Below, one piece after another: positions 49,063 to 61,289 of a stretch of DNA of 64,000 bases. A model generated the notes under the pieces. The model did no database searches and had not been told where the DNA came from. It saw nothing but the letters and a program-made list of their open reading frames with translations. Position numbers and translations under genes: made by a program. This DNA is from Lama glama (Eukaryota): assembly GCA_028534125.1 (NCBI GenBank), contig CM052825.1, forward strand, positions 25,544,001 through 25,608,000, given 5' to 3'. Numbering within the stretch: position 1 is the first letter of the stretch; each line of letters opens with the position of its first letter.

Positions 49063-52000
49063 CGAGCCTACACATGCCTGTTTGTGTGTATGATGTGCAT
49101 GCCCCCCACAGCCACACCCTGGACACTGCACCCCAATGGGCGCAGTGCCCCTCATGCTCTTTCCACCCTCAGTGCCCAACCTGCCTTCCCCCACCGCTCC
49201 CGGTACCCCCACCAGCCTGGCTGCTCTGCCCGGGCCTGCAGTGATGTCCCCAATCTAGGGCAGGGGGTCCACCTCTGCCAAGCCCCCAACCCTGCTACCC
49301 TCATGCCTGTTCTCTGTTCCCTTTGAGGGCTCCCTAGGGCTCCACCCCAGGCCAGCACCAAGGGCAAAGCCCAGAGTGTGCACACTGCTGCAGGGGTCTG
49401 GCCCACTCCATGTCAACCACACAGGACTCAGGGGAGGTGGCTGTCCTGACCAACCAACAGGTGGACACCTCCTTACAGTCACAAGAACCATTGAGACCAA
49501 GGCCAAGATCAGCGGCAGCTGGCCCCAGACCTCTGGGGTGCCTGGGAGGGGCTCAAAGGTCACCCTAGTGGTGCCAAGTCAGCAGCTCAGGCCTAGCACC
49601 TGAGAACCTGAGGGGTAGGCTCCCCTATGGCATTGCCCAAAGGCCCTCAGTGGCCAAAGGAGGCCTAGAGCAGTCTGAGAAAGGCTAGTCCACCAGTTTG
49701 GGAAAACCAAAGTCCAGGAGGTGACTTCTCACAACAAGGCCCCTTAGCTTTGGAGTGGTGACCCTAGTGGCCCCAGCACTTGGGTGCAATGGGGCCCCAG
49801 CCCCTGATACCCTGACAGGGCCTGGAGCAGGAGGGGACCCCAAGCTCAGAGCCCACCCTCACCTCCCTGCCTCGGACTTCAGGGACACAAGTTCTGTCCA
49901 CTCCAGAAGTTCTACCACCTTCTGGAAAAATCCTCCTAGTCTTTCCATTCCTCCATTAATGCACCCAACGCTGCACACCCTCCATGCAGGCCAGGGTGAA
50001 GGGACCCTGGGGCAGGACTGGGCACTCTCAGAGCTGGGGAGGGGGCTGAGAGTGGGGCCGGTGGTCTGTGTCCCGATCAGCTTCCAGTGCCTCTCACCAG
50101 CCGGCCTGAACTAAACTGCGTCCTTCACTCCCTGAACCAGGGCACTTGGCAAACCCTGCTCCATCAGTGATGGAAAAGAAAATGGTGACATGAGAGAGAA
50201 CCTGGGGCTCCACTCAGGCTAAGGAAGGGGCCGTAGACCTTCCTCCAGTGACCAGGAGCCCCCAGGAATGTTGGAGGCCCTGGCCCCAGCCTCACTGGGT
50301 GGGGGGGTCCTGCCTCCAGGGATCATGCCCCACAAAGTGGTGTCAGGGTGGCCCCACCACAATCCTCAGGCCAGCAAGGGGCTGAGACACAACCACTCCC
50401 AACCAAGGGCTCCAACAGGTGCAGGCAGGTGGGCAGGAAGCAGAGAGGCCCCTGCAGCCCAGAAAAGGGGTGTTGTCCTCACTGCGTCAGCACACTGACC
50501 TCACCTGGAAGCCAGCTGGGGAGGGGTGCTGGTAGAGCCCAGAACAGGGAGAGGACAGCATGACCAAGCAGGCCAGCTGCTGCCTGCCAGGCGTCTTGGC
50601 ACTGGTGCACGGTCAGGCTTTGCACAGTTCTAGGCAGGGGCACAGGGGCCATGCCCACCCAGGAGGATTGACCTGTCCCCCAGCTCCAAGTAGGCCAGGG
50701 GCTGCTGGCCTCCTCCCTGCACCGTCAGCCAGCACACCAGCCCCCGAGCAGCCCCCAAGCATCACCACCCACCCAGCCCACCTCTGCCCCTCACCCAGCC
50801 ACAAACGCGTTCATTAACATCAGCTCCCTATGTGCCTGAGTGGTTCAGGCGAGCCATGCTGGGTGCTGAGGCCTGGCCCAGGGCCCGTGCAGGAGGGAGA
50901 CCTGACACCACCAGACAGGGCTAGAGGCATACTTGCACCAGTCTAGACCGACTGGAAGGGAGGGGGCTGGTCTTACCCAGGGCAGTCCCTGCAGAGGGGG
51001 TTCTAGGTCCTCTCTCTGCCAGCGCCGTTCCCTACTTCAGCAAAGAGAGAAGCTATGGCTGAGGCTGGGGTTGGGGGCTGCTCTGGGACACTGCCTTGAT
51101 CCACATCAGCATCACACTTAGGAAGGGGAGTCTCCCAGAGCCCCTGAAATCCCCACACATCCAAGAGCTGCTTGTGGCCATGGAGGGGTGGGCTGCTCAC
51201 ACAAGGCTCCCTGCTCCCCACTGAACCCCAGAAGCACAGAGATTTGGCACTGTCCCCACCGGCACGCTCTAATTTAGCACATTCACCAATTGTCCCCACT
51301 AATCAGAGCTCCAGGCTCCTCCAGCACTGCCAACACCCTGCTCTTCCCTGCAACAGAGGGGCAAGCGCCCCAGGGGCCCAGGACACCAGTGCCCTTGCAC
51401 ACGCCTGTCGGGCCACACAGGACAGCACACCCTCACCTCTCTTGGAGGTGTTTGTGTGTTCAGCGGGGCTCCTCCTGAGCAAGATGACGACGAGCCACTA
51501 CTCACTCTGTGAAGACAGCGTGGCAGAGCGGCCCCCATCTGTCATCCATGGCGGGCGCAGTGCTCTGGGGACGGTGCCCAAACTCGCTGCCAACTCACAA
51601 GGGCTGAGCTGCTTCCCCGAGACCCATCCTGCCTGGGCTCTCCCTAATGTCCGCCAGGGAGCCGGGCCCTAAATCACTCCCCACATCTGCCAGAACGGGC
51701 GAGCGCCTGTCTTTAACTTCCCGCGTGGAATCTCAACCGAGGCCCCCCTGTGACTCAGAGGTGTTCCCAGTTCTGACAAGGTTAACCGTTGAGAGGAGGA
51801 GAGAGCAACTGGTCTTTTGTGCCTCTGATTTAAATACCCACTTGCAGAAAGCGGAGGGAAAAAAATTCCTAACTCTGTTGCAAGGGCTGCCACCTCCTTC
51901 CCAGGCAGTCTCTTGCAGGCAAGGACACATGTGTGACACCCACATACATGAAACTAACATACTACCCGCCTGACCTTGACTGCTGGGCCAAGGTCTAGAC

Positions 52001-55000
52001 TTTAGAGCCTGAGACGGGCTGCCTTGGATTCATCCTTGGAGTGTTTGACAGGCTGGCCCATCCCCCACATTCCTTCACATCCTGACCCTGGAACGGAGAG
52101 TCTCGAGTCTCGTGCCAGCAGCTCCAGGGAGCCGCTGCCTTGCCAGGTGCTGCTGGAAGGTGCAGGGAGCACCCAAACTACCTCTGAGCGCTCTGCCGTG
52201 CCAGAGAGGGCGCCCACAGCCTGCTGCAGTCAGATCGGTGCTTGGGTGGTCAGAATGTCATTCTCGCTGCATCCAAGAGCTTGCCCTGAAGGGCTGGCAC
52301 CAGCCTTGCCCTCACCTCGGGCCACTGCTGCTGCAGGACTCTCCATCTACCCTCTCCTCAACGTCTCCCCAAGCCTGGTCCCAATACCATCCCTCCCTCA
52401 AGGAATGAGCCCCAATCCCAGCTGGAGGCAGACCCACACTCTGAGACCCCAAGACAGCCCATCACCCACCCACCACGCTCACAGGTCTTTCCTGGTCTTC
52501 CTCCCCACGGCCCAGTCTGCCCCTCCTCACCTTCACTTCACAGGACACCCTCCACCTGCTCCAGCTACATGGACACATGCTCCAGCTACATGGACACATC
52601 TTACCTGCCTCAGGGCCTCTGCACATGCCGTTCCTCTGCCTAGAACACTCCTGCTCTACATCCATCCTCTCTCCAGGTCTCCTCCCCTGATAGGCCTCTG
52701 TGTCCATTGAGCAGAGAGCCTCCCTGGCTCCCAGCCCCCAATAGCCTTCATCTAGCTCATCCCGCCCAAGCACCCCCATCACGATCATGCTGGCCACACT
52801 GGGTACACAGCGCAAGTTTGCCAAGTCCCAGGGCATGCCTGCTGGGAGAACCCCACGGGCCCAGCACAGAGCTCAGACCTGGAGAGGTTTGTATAGTGAG
52901 GCCACCCGCCAGTGAGCCTTCACAGGAGCCCCTGCTCAGCTCCGCACCACTCTCCCTGCCCCCAGAACATCCCCAGGGTCCAGCTGGGCAGCAGATGTGG
53001 GGGCGGGGGCCACACTTGGCCTCACTGTGCCACACACACAGCACTTAATCAGCGCATTCTGGCCTCTGCCAACTAATCAGGCCACCAGTAAGCTGGAGAG
53101 ACACCAACTGTTTGTTTGCCCGGATCAGGGCCCTGTAGGTGCCTGGGTGGGGCATGAAGCAAGGCTAGAAGTCCAGGCCACTTTGGAGAGTGGGGCTCAG
53201 CCAAGACCCTTCCTGGGCAGTCTCTGAGGGAGGGATACAGCACTGAGGAAGGGACACAGCCAGGGCCCTCCTGGGCAGGCAAATCCTAGCTCATGCGAAT
53301 TCCCCCTTCTACACCCCACCTGCCCCAAGGCCTTCTTGTTCCTTCTCCTATCTACCCAAAAGGCCCAGCCCAGCCTAGCCTCATCTCCTCCAGGAAGCCT
53401 TCCTGAGCACAGAAACCAGAAGGATGACGCAGCACAGCCCTACTCTTAACTCAGGGATCAAGGAGAGCTCAGGCCCATGTCAAAGGCCTCACACCCCAAG
53501 CAACCACCCCACCTCCTGCAGGTGCTCACGGATCCACCTCTTCACTGTTGCCCTTCCCAGCTCTCAGGGGAAATGCCCCCTTCCCCAGGAAACCCACCTA
53601 CCATGAACTCCTATCTCAGCAGATGTCGTCTACTTCCACCCTCCTCCCCAGCCTGGGGCACACAATTGCTGCTCAGCATGAACAACACATGCCCTCAAAA
53701 CATGAGGTGACAGCAGGGGAACACGCAGCTCCCCACAGGGGCACAGCTGGCCTCGCAGACACACACACTTTGCAACTCCTTTCTTTTCCAGTCAGAGTAA
53801 GTCGAGGCGGCCTCATTAGCACCAGAACACTGGGGAGCCCAGGGCCCCCGTGCAGACACACAGGCCCACCAGCCTGGAGGTGTAAGGCCCCCAGTCTGGG
53901 CACGGCGGCCTGAGGACTCCAAGTCCAGGGAAATAAACACACGTCAGAATCAGGATGACAGACCCAGGATGAGAAGCAGGTGCTGGGGTGGGGAGGAGGT
54001 TTAGAGGCGGGAGCACCCCTGGGGCCTGTGCTCCACAAAGTGCTCAGGGGTCATGGCCATGGGGTCAGGAAGGTGAGGGGGACATGAAACGTCCACTCAG
54101 AGGGGGTTTTGGGGGCAGGTGAGAGAAGATGGGAGTCTGCCCTTTTCCACGTCGATGCCCCGTGTGTCCTCACTGGGACACCCATGCCGCCAGGAACCCA
54201 GGCACTGGCAGCAACCACAGAACAAGTGGTACAACAGTCCAGGGCACTGATTTTTACAAGATGCCTTCAAGGACCTGGACTCGTCAGCCTCAACTCCCTA
54301 CCGGGCAGGGCTCTGCCAAATACAGACCCGAGTCGGGTTGGGCTCACCCAGCTCTGTCCTCCAGCAGCCTCGTGACCTTGCCACGTCCTTTGTCTTCCCC
54401 GAGTCCTGTGCCTGGGGAATTCGGTACCCAGTCCCTAGGACATACCTCCTGGAGGTGTTCACCATCCCCAAGCCCCCAAGGACCTCCCAGCCACCTCCTG
54501 GTCTCCAAACCTCCCCACAGGGGTACAAAGCTGGCCTCCATGGCTCACACAGGGACTGCGGCAGGGCTCCCTTCCCAGCCAGTAAGCATCCCTGGGAGGC
54601 CCCGCCCGGCCTGGGTGCTGGGACGTGGCAGCTGCATCACAGGCAGCACCGAGTCAAGAACCCCGGGGGAGCCCGGGCAGAACACAACCCAGCCGGGCGG
54701 GCTACAACACATAGATCCCACCCACTTTCCTCTATAAATAAACCTGTGTAGGAGAAACAGCACCCGCCCCAAAAGTTCTAGCACAATTATATTTTCAAAA
54801 AGCAAAATAAATCAATACAGATAAGGGCCATCCTTGGAAGCTCCTTTGCGTGGATCCGATACCCTTTAAGGTAAAAACAGAGCACACGTGTTTATTTGTG
54901 TAGGGGGCCATCTACGTGGGGGTTCCAGAAAGCCCAGGGCTTAAGGAAGGCCTCTTCCTGTGTTCTAATTGCCAATCAAATCCCGCCTAGGGGCTGGGCT

Positions 55001-57456
55001 CAGAGGACATCGGCTGGGACTCTGCCAGCCTCTGGGGAGCAAGGAGTTGCATTATGGAGTGTGGGTTCCCAGAGCAAACCCAATTATCCCATTTCCCTCT
55101 ACAAGTTTACCTTCTGCAGCAGAAGAGGCTCCAGGCAAGGACGGTGGGCACTGCCAATGTGACATCCACCTGCAGAGAGTGAGACGGAGACCAAGGCCAA
55201 GGCACATCCTTGGGCTGCAAAGCAGACACCAAGCAGTCCCTGGAAAACCAGACTACCCGCTGCACCCCTGCCTCTCACAAGGCTGCCCCTCCCGACTCCC
55301 AGGAATCCGAAGCGCTCTGGAAAGCCCTGCTGAGGCCCATGGGCTTCCCCAAGGTCCCCACCTGTCCAGCACACAGGCTTATTTTAGTTTCTCTCTGCAG
55401 CCAATGCACCCCCACACCAGGGTCTGGCATTTGCTAGAGATCAGCAGCCGTCCCTGTACGCCAGGGGCCTGACAAGCCCACCCTACTCAACAGAGGCATA
55501 ATTTCCACAGGCTAGCCATGGTAAAATGATCCTGGACCTGCGCTCCTCCACACCACTGCCAGTCAGAAGGGATGCTCTCCCAGGCTGAGGGCCCTCCTCC
55601 TCCTGCTCCTGGCATTTTCCTGCTCCTAGGGATGCAGGACATCCTCCTCCTGGGGTCTCAAGAAGCCCAGAGACAGGGATACCAGCAAGTAGCCCCACCA
55701 GCCCCATCCCCTATACCCCCTGGTCCTCATCCCACCTGCCTACGGTATCCCCTCAAGCTCCCCTAAACTAAGTAACACAAACCACCTTGTTAGACGTCCC
55801 AAAGGACGCAACCTACCCTAAACACCCAGAATACAGGGTCAGACTCAAAGACTCCCTCAGCAGCCAGCAAAAGGACAGAACAGCCAGACAAGGGGGTTGT
55901 CAGGAGAGAGAAAGTGCAGGCCCCACTGGGCTTCTTCTCTATCTGGTTTCTGCTCACGCCTGGAAATAACGGATATGCTGGGAGGGCGGCCTCCAGTCCC
56001 AAAGCCTTACGGTACTCATCTCGACACTTAACCACCTCACCCAGCCAGGCCACCTTCCTGCCAAAACGATGGAGCTCAGTATCTCCAAGCTGGGTTCTGG
56101 AGAGAAGACAAGCCTACAGCCACCTTGCAGGGACAGCCTGGCAGCTGCTGGGGTGGAGGATGGAGGAGAGGGCAAGACCACCCAGGAGGTGGGGGACAAA
56201 GGCAGGCAGTGGAGTCTACTGTCATGCTGGGGTGGCCCTCAGGCCACCACCCTCCACCGGGACCACAATGACCCCCTTCAACCTGACTCTGCACAAGTTT
56301 AGATTTCAGAGCAAAAAAACACGGTTTGTTACTTTTCTGACAGATTCCTCTTTTGTGTGTGATACTTGCACAGTTAAACACACAAGGTAGGAAAACACAT
56401 ACACCCATTGCTCATTCCGTCTGTCTCCATGCAGAGAAAGTTCACAGGCAAGGTCCCGCCTCTGTCAGCCTCTTTTTGGCACCCCTACACCCTGGACACC
56501 CAATCCTTCCAAGCCAAGAAGCGGGAATGCCCAGAGCCCACGACCCAGCCACCTGGCAACCAGGTCCCTGGGGCCAGCGGGAGAACCAGCTGGGACAGAA
56601 TGAACCAAGGCCTGCTGACAGTCCCTAAAGCTGCCTGCTGGGGGCCACCAGACCTACTACCTGCGTCCCAGAAATGCCCCATGCCCAACCCAGCTCTGCT
56701 CCGGAACCTTCTCTGAAAGTCTGTGTCGCTTTCACCAGGAGCAGAAAGGATGGCCCTTTCCTCTCCGGCTAGCGGAGCACCAGGAGAAGGAACACCAGTG
56801 TGCCAGTGCGCGGTGCCAGCTGCCTCCCTGCCCCCCACCCCCCAGCTGCGCATGACTTAAATCAGCCCCAACACCGAGTTCAGCCTGGAAAGGCGAGTTC
56901 ACAACAAACGTCACCGACTCTCTCCGGGGAAAACGAACAGCAAGAGCGCACAGCTTCCCGGCCTCCAGGGTCTCCCGGTCGCTCCAAAGCGCAAGGCGCA
57001 GGGTGAAAACTTTGCTCCTTTACCGAGGTCCCGCCAGCCTCCCCTTCCCCAGCGAGGGTCCTGCCTCAGGCCAAACATTCAGTAAGCCAAGAGGGGAGAA
57101 TTCCCATCCAGACCTGCACTCATGGGGGCGCAGGGAGTTCCGACCTCCCTTCTCTACCAACCCCTCTCCACTCCAAGCCTGCGGTGGCCTCGACGCTTCT
57201 CTTCCACCCACTCGTCCCAAGGTGGTTCCGGAGCGGGGACACCCCATTCGGATCACAGGAGCCGCCCCCGCCGCCCCGCAAAGCGCAGCCCGCGGCCGCC
57301 TCTCTCGGAGGAGCGCTACCCTCGCGCCTCTGTCCTGCGCACTCAGCCTGCGCTGGGTCCAAAGAGGCCGGGCGTGGGAGGTACACGCGAGTGGGGTCCC
57401 GCGCACTGGACTCCCAAGCCCCGGATCCCTACACCCCGACAACCCGAGAAGGATAT

Positions 57457-57755
57457 GGGTTGCAGACCAGCCGGAGACACCAGCTGCGCGGCCGCGTGGT
57501 CTGCCCGAGGCAGAAGAAGACAGTGGCCGCCAGTGCCGGGTACGGGACGGGCTGCTCTTCGTCGGCGCCCAGGTCCGCGCCCCGCTCGGCCGCCGGGCTC
57601 TCGGGGGGCGACGCACCAGACCCCGACCCCCGCTCCGCGTCTGGCCCCGGCGCCTCAGGGCTCGCCCGGGACGCCCCCGCCGCTGTTGCCGGGCCCGGGG
57701 CGGGCGCGCCCAGGGGCACTCGGACCTCGTCGGCAGCCAGCGCGCCCTCGGTCAT
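57457..57755 (-). CDS. CACNA1H: CACNA1H exon 2 coding part (exon begins 57773; ATG at 57755), N-terminus
   Basis: cccgcag| acceptor, GCCGCCACCATG Kozak, [16 protein letters not shown]...RLVCNP; ends at U12 donor CC|ATATCCTT; 299 nt. Confidence 0.97.
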
Positions 57756-58058
57756 GGTGGCGGCGGGCAGCACCTGCGGGAGACAGGCGGTGACCGGGTC
57801 CCGGGAACGACACCCTAGCCCGCCTCAGGCGGAGCGGATCCCCGGGAACAGCCGCGGCTGCCGGGATGTCTTTGTCTTTTCTCATTAGAGACAAATGCGC
57901 CCCCCGCCCCCGCCCGCCCCCTCCCTCCCGCGAGGGCTGAGAGGCCCCTCCCCCACCGCCGGGACGGGGGCAGGCGCCTGAGGGGCTCCCTCGCGGGCTG
58001 CCTCAAGTTGAAGAGGGTCCCGGCGCACAGTGGGGCGCGCGTCCTCGTCGCGTCTCAC

Positions 58059-58363
58059 CTCGCTCCGGCAGCCGGCTGCGTCCCCGAGGGCATCGCCCGG
58101 GCGGCGCGGTCACCGCAGACCCGGCAAGGCGCTCGGCCCCGGGTAGAGAGCCGCCGCCCCCGGCCCGCGCCCCCGTCCCGCCGCCTCCCGCTCGCGCTGC
58201 GGTTCCCGCTCCGGCTGGCCTGGCGGCGACGGCGGCGGCCCGGCGCAGAGGGGTCCGCGGGGCGGACGGGCGCGGAGCAGGGGGCGCGGGGGGCGCGGGC
58301 CGGGTGGCGGAGCGGAGACCGAGCTGGGAGCCTGTCCGCCCGCGGCGCAGGAAACTTCGGAGT
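58059..58363 (-). other. CACNA1H: CACNA1H exon 1 (non-coding 5' UTR; 5' boundary approximate)
   Basis: Donor GAG|GTGAGA at 58059/58058; Inr-like TCACTCC with A at 58363; GC boxes just upstream; inside CpG island. Confidence 0.75.
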
Positions 58364-58583
58364 GAGCCACGGACTGGGCGGGGGTGGGGCGGGGCCGGCG
58401 CGGGGGGCGGGGCCGGGCGGGGGGCTTCGGGAGGGGCTGCTCGGGTTCGGAGTCGCGCGCGCGAGCCGCCCCTCCCCCGTAGCGGAGGGCGCCCCGCCCC
58501 CCACCGGGGAGGGCGGAGCTGGGCCCGCCCGCGCCCCCCGCGCCCCCCGCTGCGCCCCCACTCTCCCTCTCTAGGAGCTCGGG

Positions 58584-58598
58584 GCGCCAGGGGGCGCT
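58584..58598 (+). promoter_or_regulatory. CTCF-like motif upstream of exon 1
   Basis: GCGCCAGGGGGCGCT resembles the CTCF core; GC-rich background weakens significance. Confidence 0.4.
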
Positions 58599-58900
58599 CG
58601 CGGAGAAGCTTGGCGGGGGCGGGGGAGCGGCGCCGGCGTCTTCCCCACCCCCAACTGCGGGGGCGGCCGGAGTCGCGGAGGCGGGCCCTCCCCCTCCTCG
58701 CCGCGGCGCACGCCCCAGTCCCTCCGCGCAGTGGGCGGGGGTCGGCGAGGGGGCGGGGCCGGCGGCCTGGACCGCGGCCTGAGTGCCCCTCCCCCTCCGC
58801 ATGTGTGTCCTGGGTGTGACCGTGCCCGTGTGATGTGCTGCTGTATCCGTGGGTGGGATTCTAGGTACTCGTGCATCCGCATTCCCCCCCAACATACACA

Positions 58901-58918
58901 CGCGCGCGCGCGCGCGCG
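58901..58918. repeat. (CG)9 microsatellite
   Basis: cgcgcgcgcgcgcgcgcg flanked by CA units. Confidence 0.97.
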
Positions 58919-59919
58919 CACAAGCGCACCTATGGCAGCTTCTGCGAACTTGTCCCTTGCCCAGCCCCCTCCTGGGTCAAGACCTGTAGGACCTTGGGGA
59001 AGGGGCCAGGCCGTCCTGCAGCCCCTCGCTCCGGTACTGAAATGCATGAGGGACAGAGCACCGACTCCTGTGCTTCGGGGTCCCACCCAGGCTCCTTGGC
59101 CCCTGAGGTACTGCCAGGCTTTTCACTTCTCCACCACCACCAGTCTGCTGGCTCCTGGTGCGTGCGTTCTGGGGCTGGCCAGGGAGAGCAGCCCCTGAGG
59201 GGCTTCTCCCTTACTCCTTACAAGCCCACTTAGGATGGAGGAGAGACCCCACTTCCTCTGGACAAAGAGCAGGGCGGCTGGTCCACACATGTGGGCTCCA
59301 GGAGCCTTGGGCCTCACCATAAGCTCTGTGGTGGTGGTGGGTGGGAGGGCCTTGGGCCCCAAACCTGGAGAGGCTCTGGCAAGATCATTGGCATACTGGG
59401 CTTCCCCACCATGGTGGCATTGCACAGAGTGTAGCCAGGATGGGATGGACATGCTGTTCCTGGAGAAGGGAAGGCCCCAGGAGGCCCTGTACCCTCCCAG
59501 ACCTTTGGGCTCTGGGGTAAGACCCAGGAAGGCAGGACCATGGCAGCTCCCACACAGATTCCAGGAGGTGTCCTGCTCTGGCCAGTCATGGCTCAGCAGC
59601 ACCTTCTCTTGTGTATGTGAACTTTTCAAGAAAAAGAAAACATTTACTCTATTTTAGTACTACTACTTAGCAGTGGAGTGCCATGGTCAGTAATTAAGGC
59701 CCTCAAAGAGCAATTAGTGCCCCAGCCACCTAGAAGGGGGACCAGGAGAGCCCTAGGATTCAGCCCTACGGGAAAGCTTGCAAGGGTAGGTCAGACAGGA
59801 GCGCCTCAGCAGGATCCTGGGCAGGGGTCACCTGGACCTCCTGATCCTTTTCATACTGTCCATCTCATTAAAAGTTAAGGTGAAGCTCAAAATTGGTTCT
59901 AGCTAGGGGCTATTAGTGA

Positions 59920-60260
59920 TTTGTTGGACAAAAATTAGTGGGAGGTCAACAGTGTGTCAGGCCCTTGCACAGAACTGGGGATGCAGTGACGGTAACCAGT
60001 ACAGGCCCTGTCCTTGTCCCTTGGAGCTTCATTCCAGCCAGGAGGCAGCCACAAACAAGTCTGTGAATAAAGGAAGAAAACAATTACAAGCTGTGTTAAG
60101 TGCCATAGAGAGCCAAGATAGGGGACAGAGGATTTGTTTTAGGACAATAAAGCAACTGGAGAGTAGTAGGGGGTTCTTCCCAGCAGTGAGAGCAGCCTGT
60201 GCAAAGGCCCTGTGGCAGGCAGGAGAGAGCTGAAGAGCAGGAAGAACCTGAGATAGCCTG
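59920..60260 (-). mobile_element. L2 fragment
   Basis: tgtgtcaggccc...ctggggatgcagtg...ttggagcttcattccagc...cagcctgtgcaaaggccctg. Confidence 0.55.
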
Positions 60261-61289
60261 GGGCCAGGCAGTGGGCCAGCTGCTAAGTCGGGTTGGAAGG
60301 AAGGGGAGGACAGGACAGGAGTTCCCACAGGGCCCCATGGTGCAGGGAATTCTAAATGTGACAAACTGTCACCCTCCTCAGTCACATTCTGTCCTTCAGA
60401 AGTCTACAGAAGGCACAGGGCATGGATGTTTTAAATAGGCATTATTTTTTAAAGACAGCATCTCTAAACTGACAAAGCCTGTAGCCTTCAGGTATTCTGT
60501 GGCCCATTTATAGACCTGTGAGGCCGCAGAGATACTGGAGGGGCGTTGTCTAACTCAAGGTCTTGGAAGGAGACCTCCTCCCACCACCTTCCACTCCAGC
60601 AGCCCATCCAAGAACCTTGTCCTCGAAGGCTCCGAGTCCCCTGGGCCAATATTCACTGACTCTGTGTGGGTGGCAGCTGATCAGCAGGCTCAGCCTTGAG
60701 GCTCAAACCTGAGCTCTTCAGCCAGAGGGGGCTGCTCAGCACTGGACACAGCCTCACCCTCCAGACGGGAAATGAAGAACAGATCATGGATTGATATGAA
60801 ATGAGAAAATGGCATTAGAAACAGTGAAGCAGTTATATGTTCACATCGCTAGAAAGGAATTTGGAGAGATGAGCATAGGACAATTTGGAAATTGGCATTA
60901 AAAATATTTAATTGAACTGTACAGAGTGTTCAGGTTTTTTTTTTTTAATCCTCCTGGCCTCTGGAAAATTTGGTTCTGCTTTTTCTATTTCCTCGTTTTG
61001 TTTATTAAGTGCAAAGCTTCTTCTTGACAAAACTGGAGTTGGGGGCAAATGGCCCATTGGTTCAGCCAGTGGGAAGTAGAAACCAGAGAACCCCTCCCCG
61101 GGGCACATGGCTGTGATCATGGGGTTCAGGCTGCCTGGAGGGCCCTCCATCTTGGCAGGCTGGGCCATGGGGCAGTGGGCAGTGAGACTACCTCTGTCAG
61201 ATCGTGCAGGTGCCCACGCAAGCTCAGGGACTTGGAGGTCACCTGCATCACCATACCCACCCAGCGACTCTGCTTTGTGGAGGCCCCTC

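Larger units (their letters stand above)
20109..57456 (-). other. CACNA1H: U12-type (minor spliceosome) AT-AC intron 2, 37,348 nt
   Basis: 5' ATATCCTT (57456-57449); branch CCTTAAC (20126-20120); 3' CAC ending 20109; splicing restores ...CNPWFEH. Confidence 0.96.
155..58363 (-). other. CACNA1H: CACNA1H gene span, 5' portion (exons 1-30; continues beyond base 1), voltage-dependent T-type calcium channel alpha-1H (Cav3.2)
   Basis: 29 coding exons join in one open frame (5247 nt). T-type pore residues E (TLEGW), E (TQEDW), D (SKDGW). Cav3.2-specific DGHNVS (His191) motif, N-terminus MTEGA...[14 protein letters not shown], poly-His I-II loop, STFPSP microexon. TSS approximate. Confidence 0.99.
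56850..58930. promoter_or_regulatory. CpG island / TATA-less GC-rich CACNA1H promoter
   Basis: Dense CpG spanning exons 1-2; multiple GGGGCGGGG Sp boxes; EGR1-type GCGGGGGCG at 58613-58621, 58657-58665 and (reverse) 57905-57913; MRE-like TGCGCCC at 58551-58557. Confidence 0.9.

Noticed and set aside
20200-57000. Hundreds of 60-290 aa ORFs in intron 2 (e.g. 40804..41673, 45050..45742, 52024..52710)
   Set aside because: Pro/Gly/Ala/Trp-rich translations typical of GC-rich non-coding DNA, many with GTG/TTG starts; no recognisable domain or exon chain. 45050..45742 overlaps an L1 remnant.
57003-59233. Long overlapping ORFs on both strands in the CpG island
   Set aside because: Stop-codon scarcity at very high GC explains them; only 57755-57457 matches Cav3.2.
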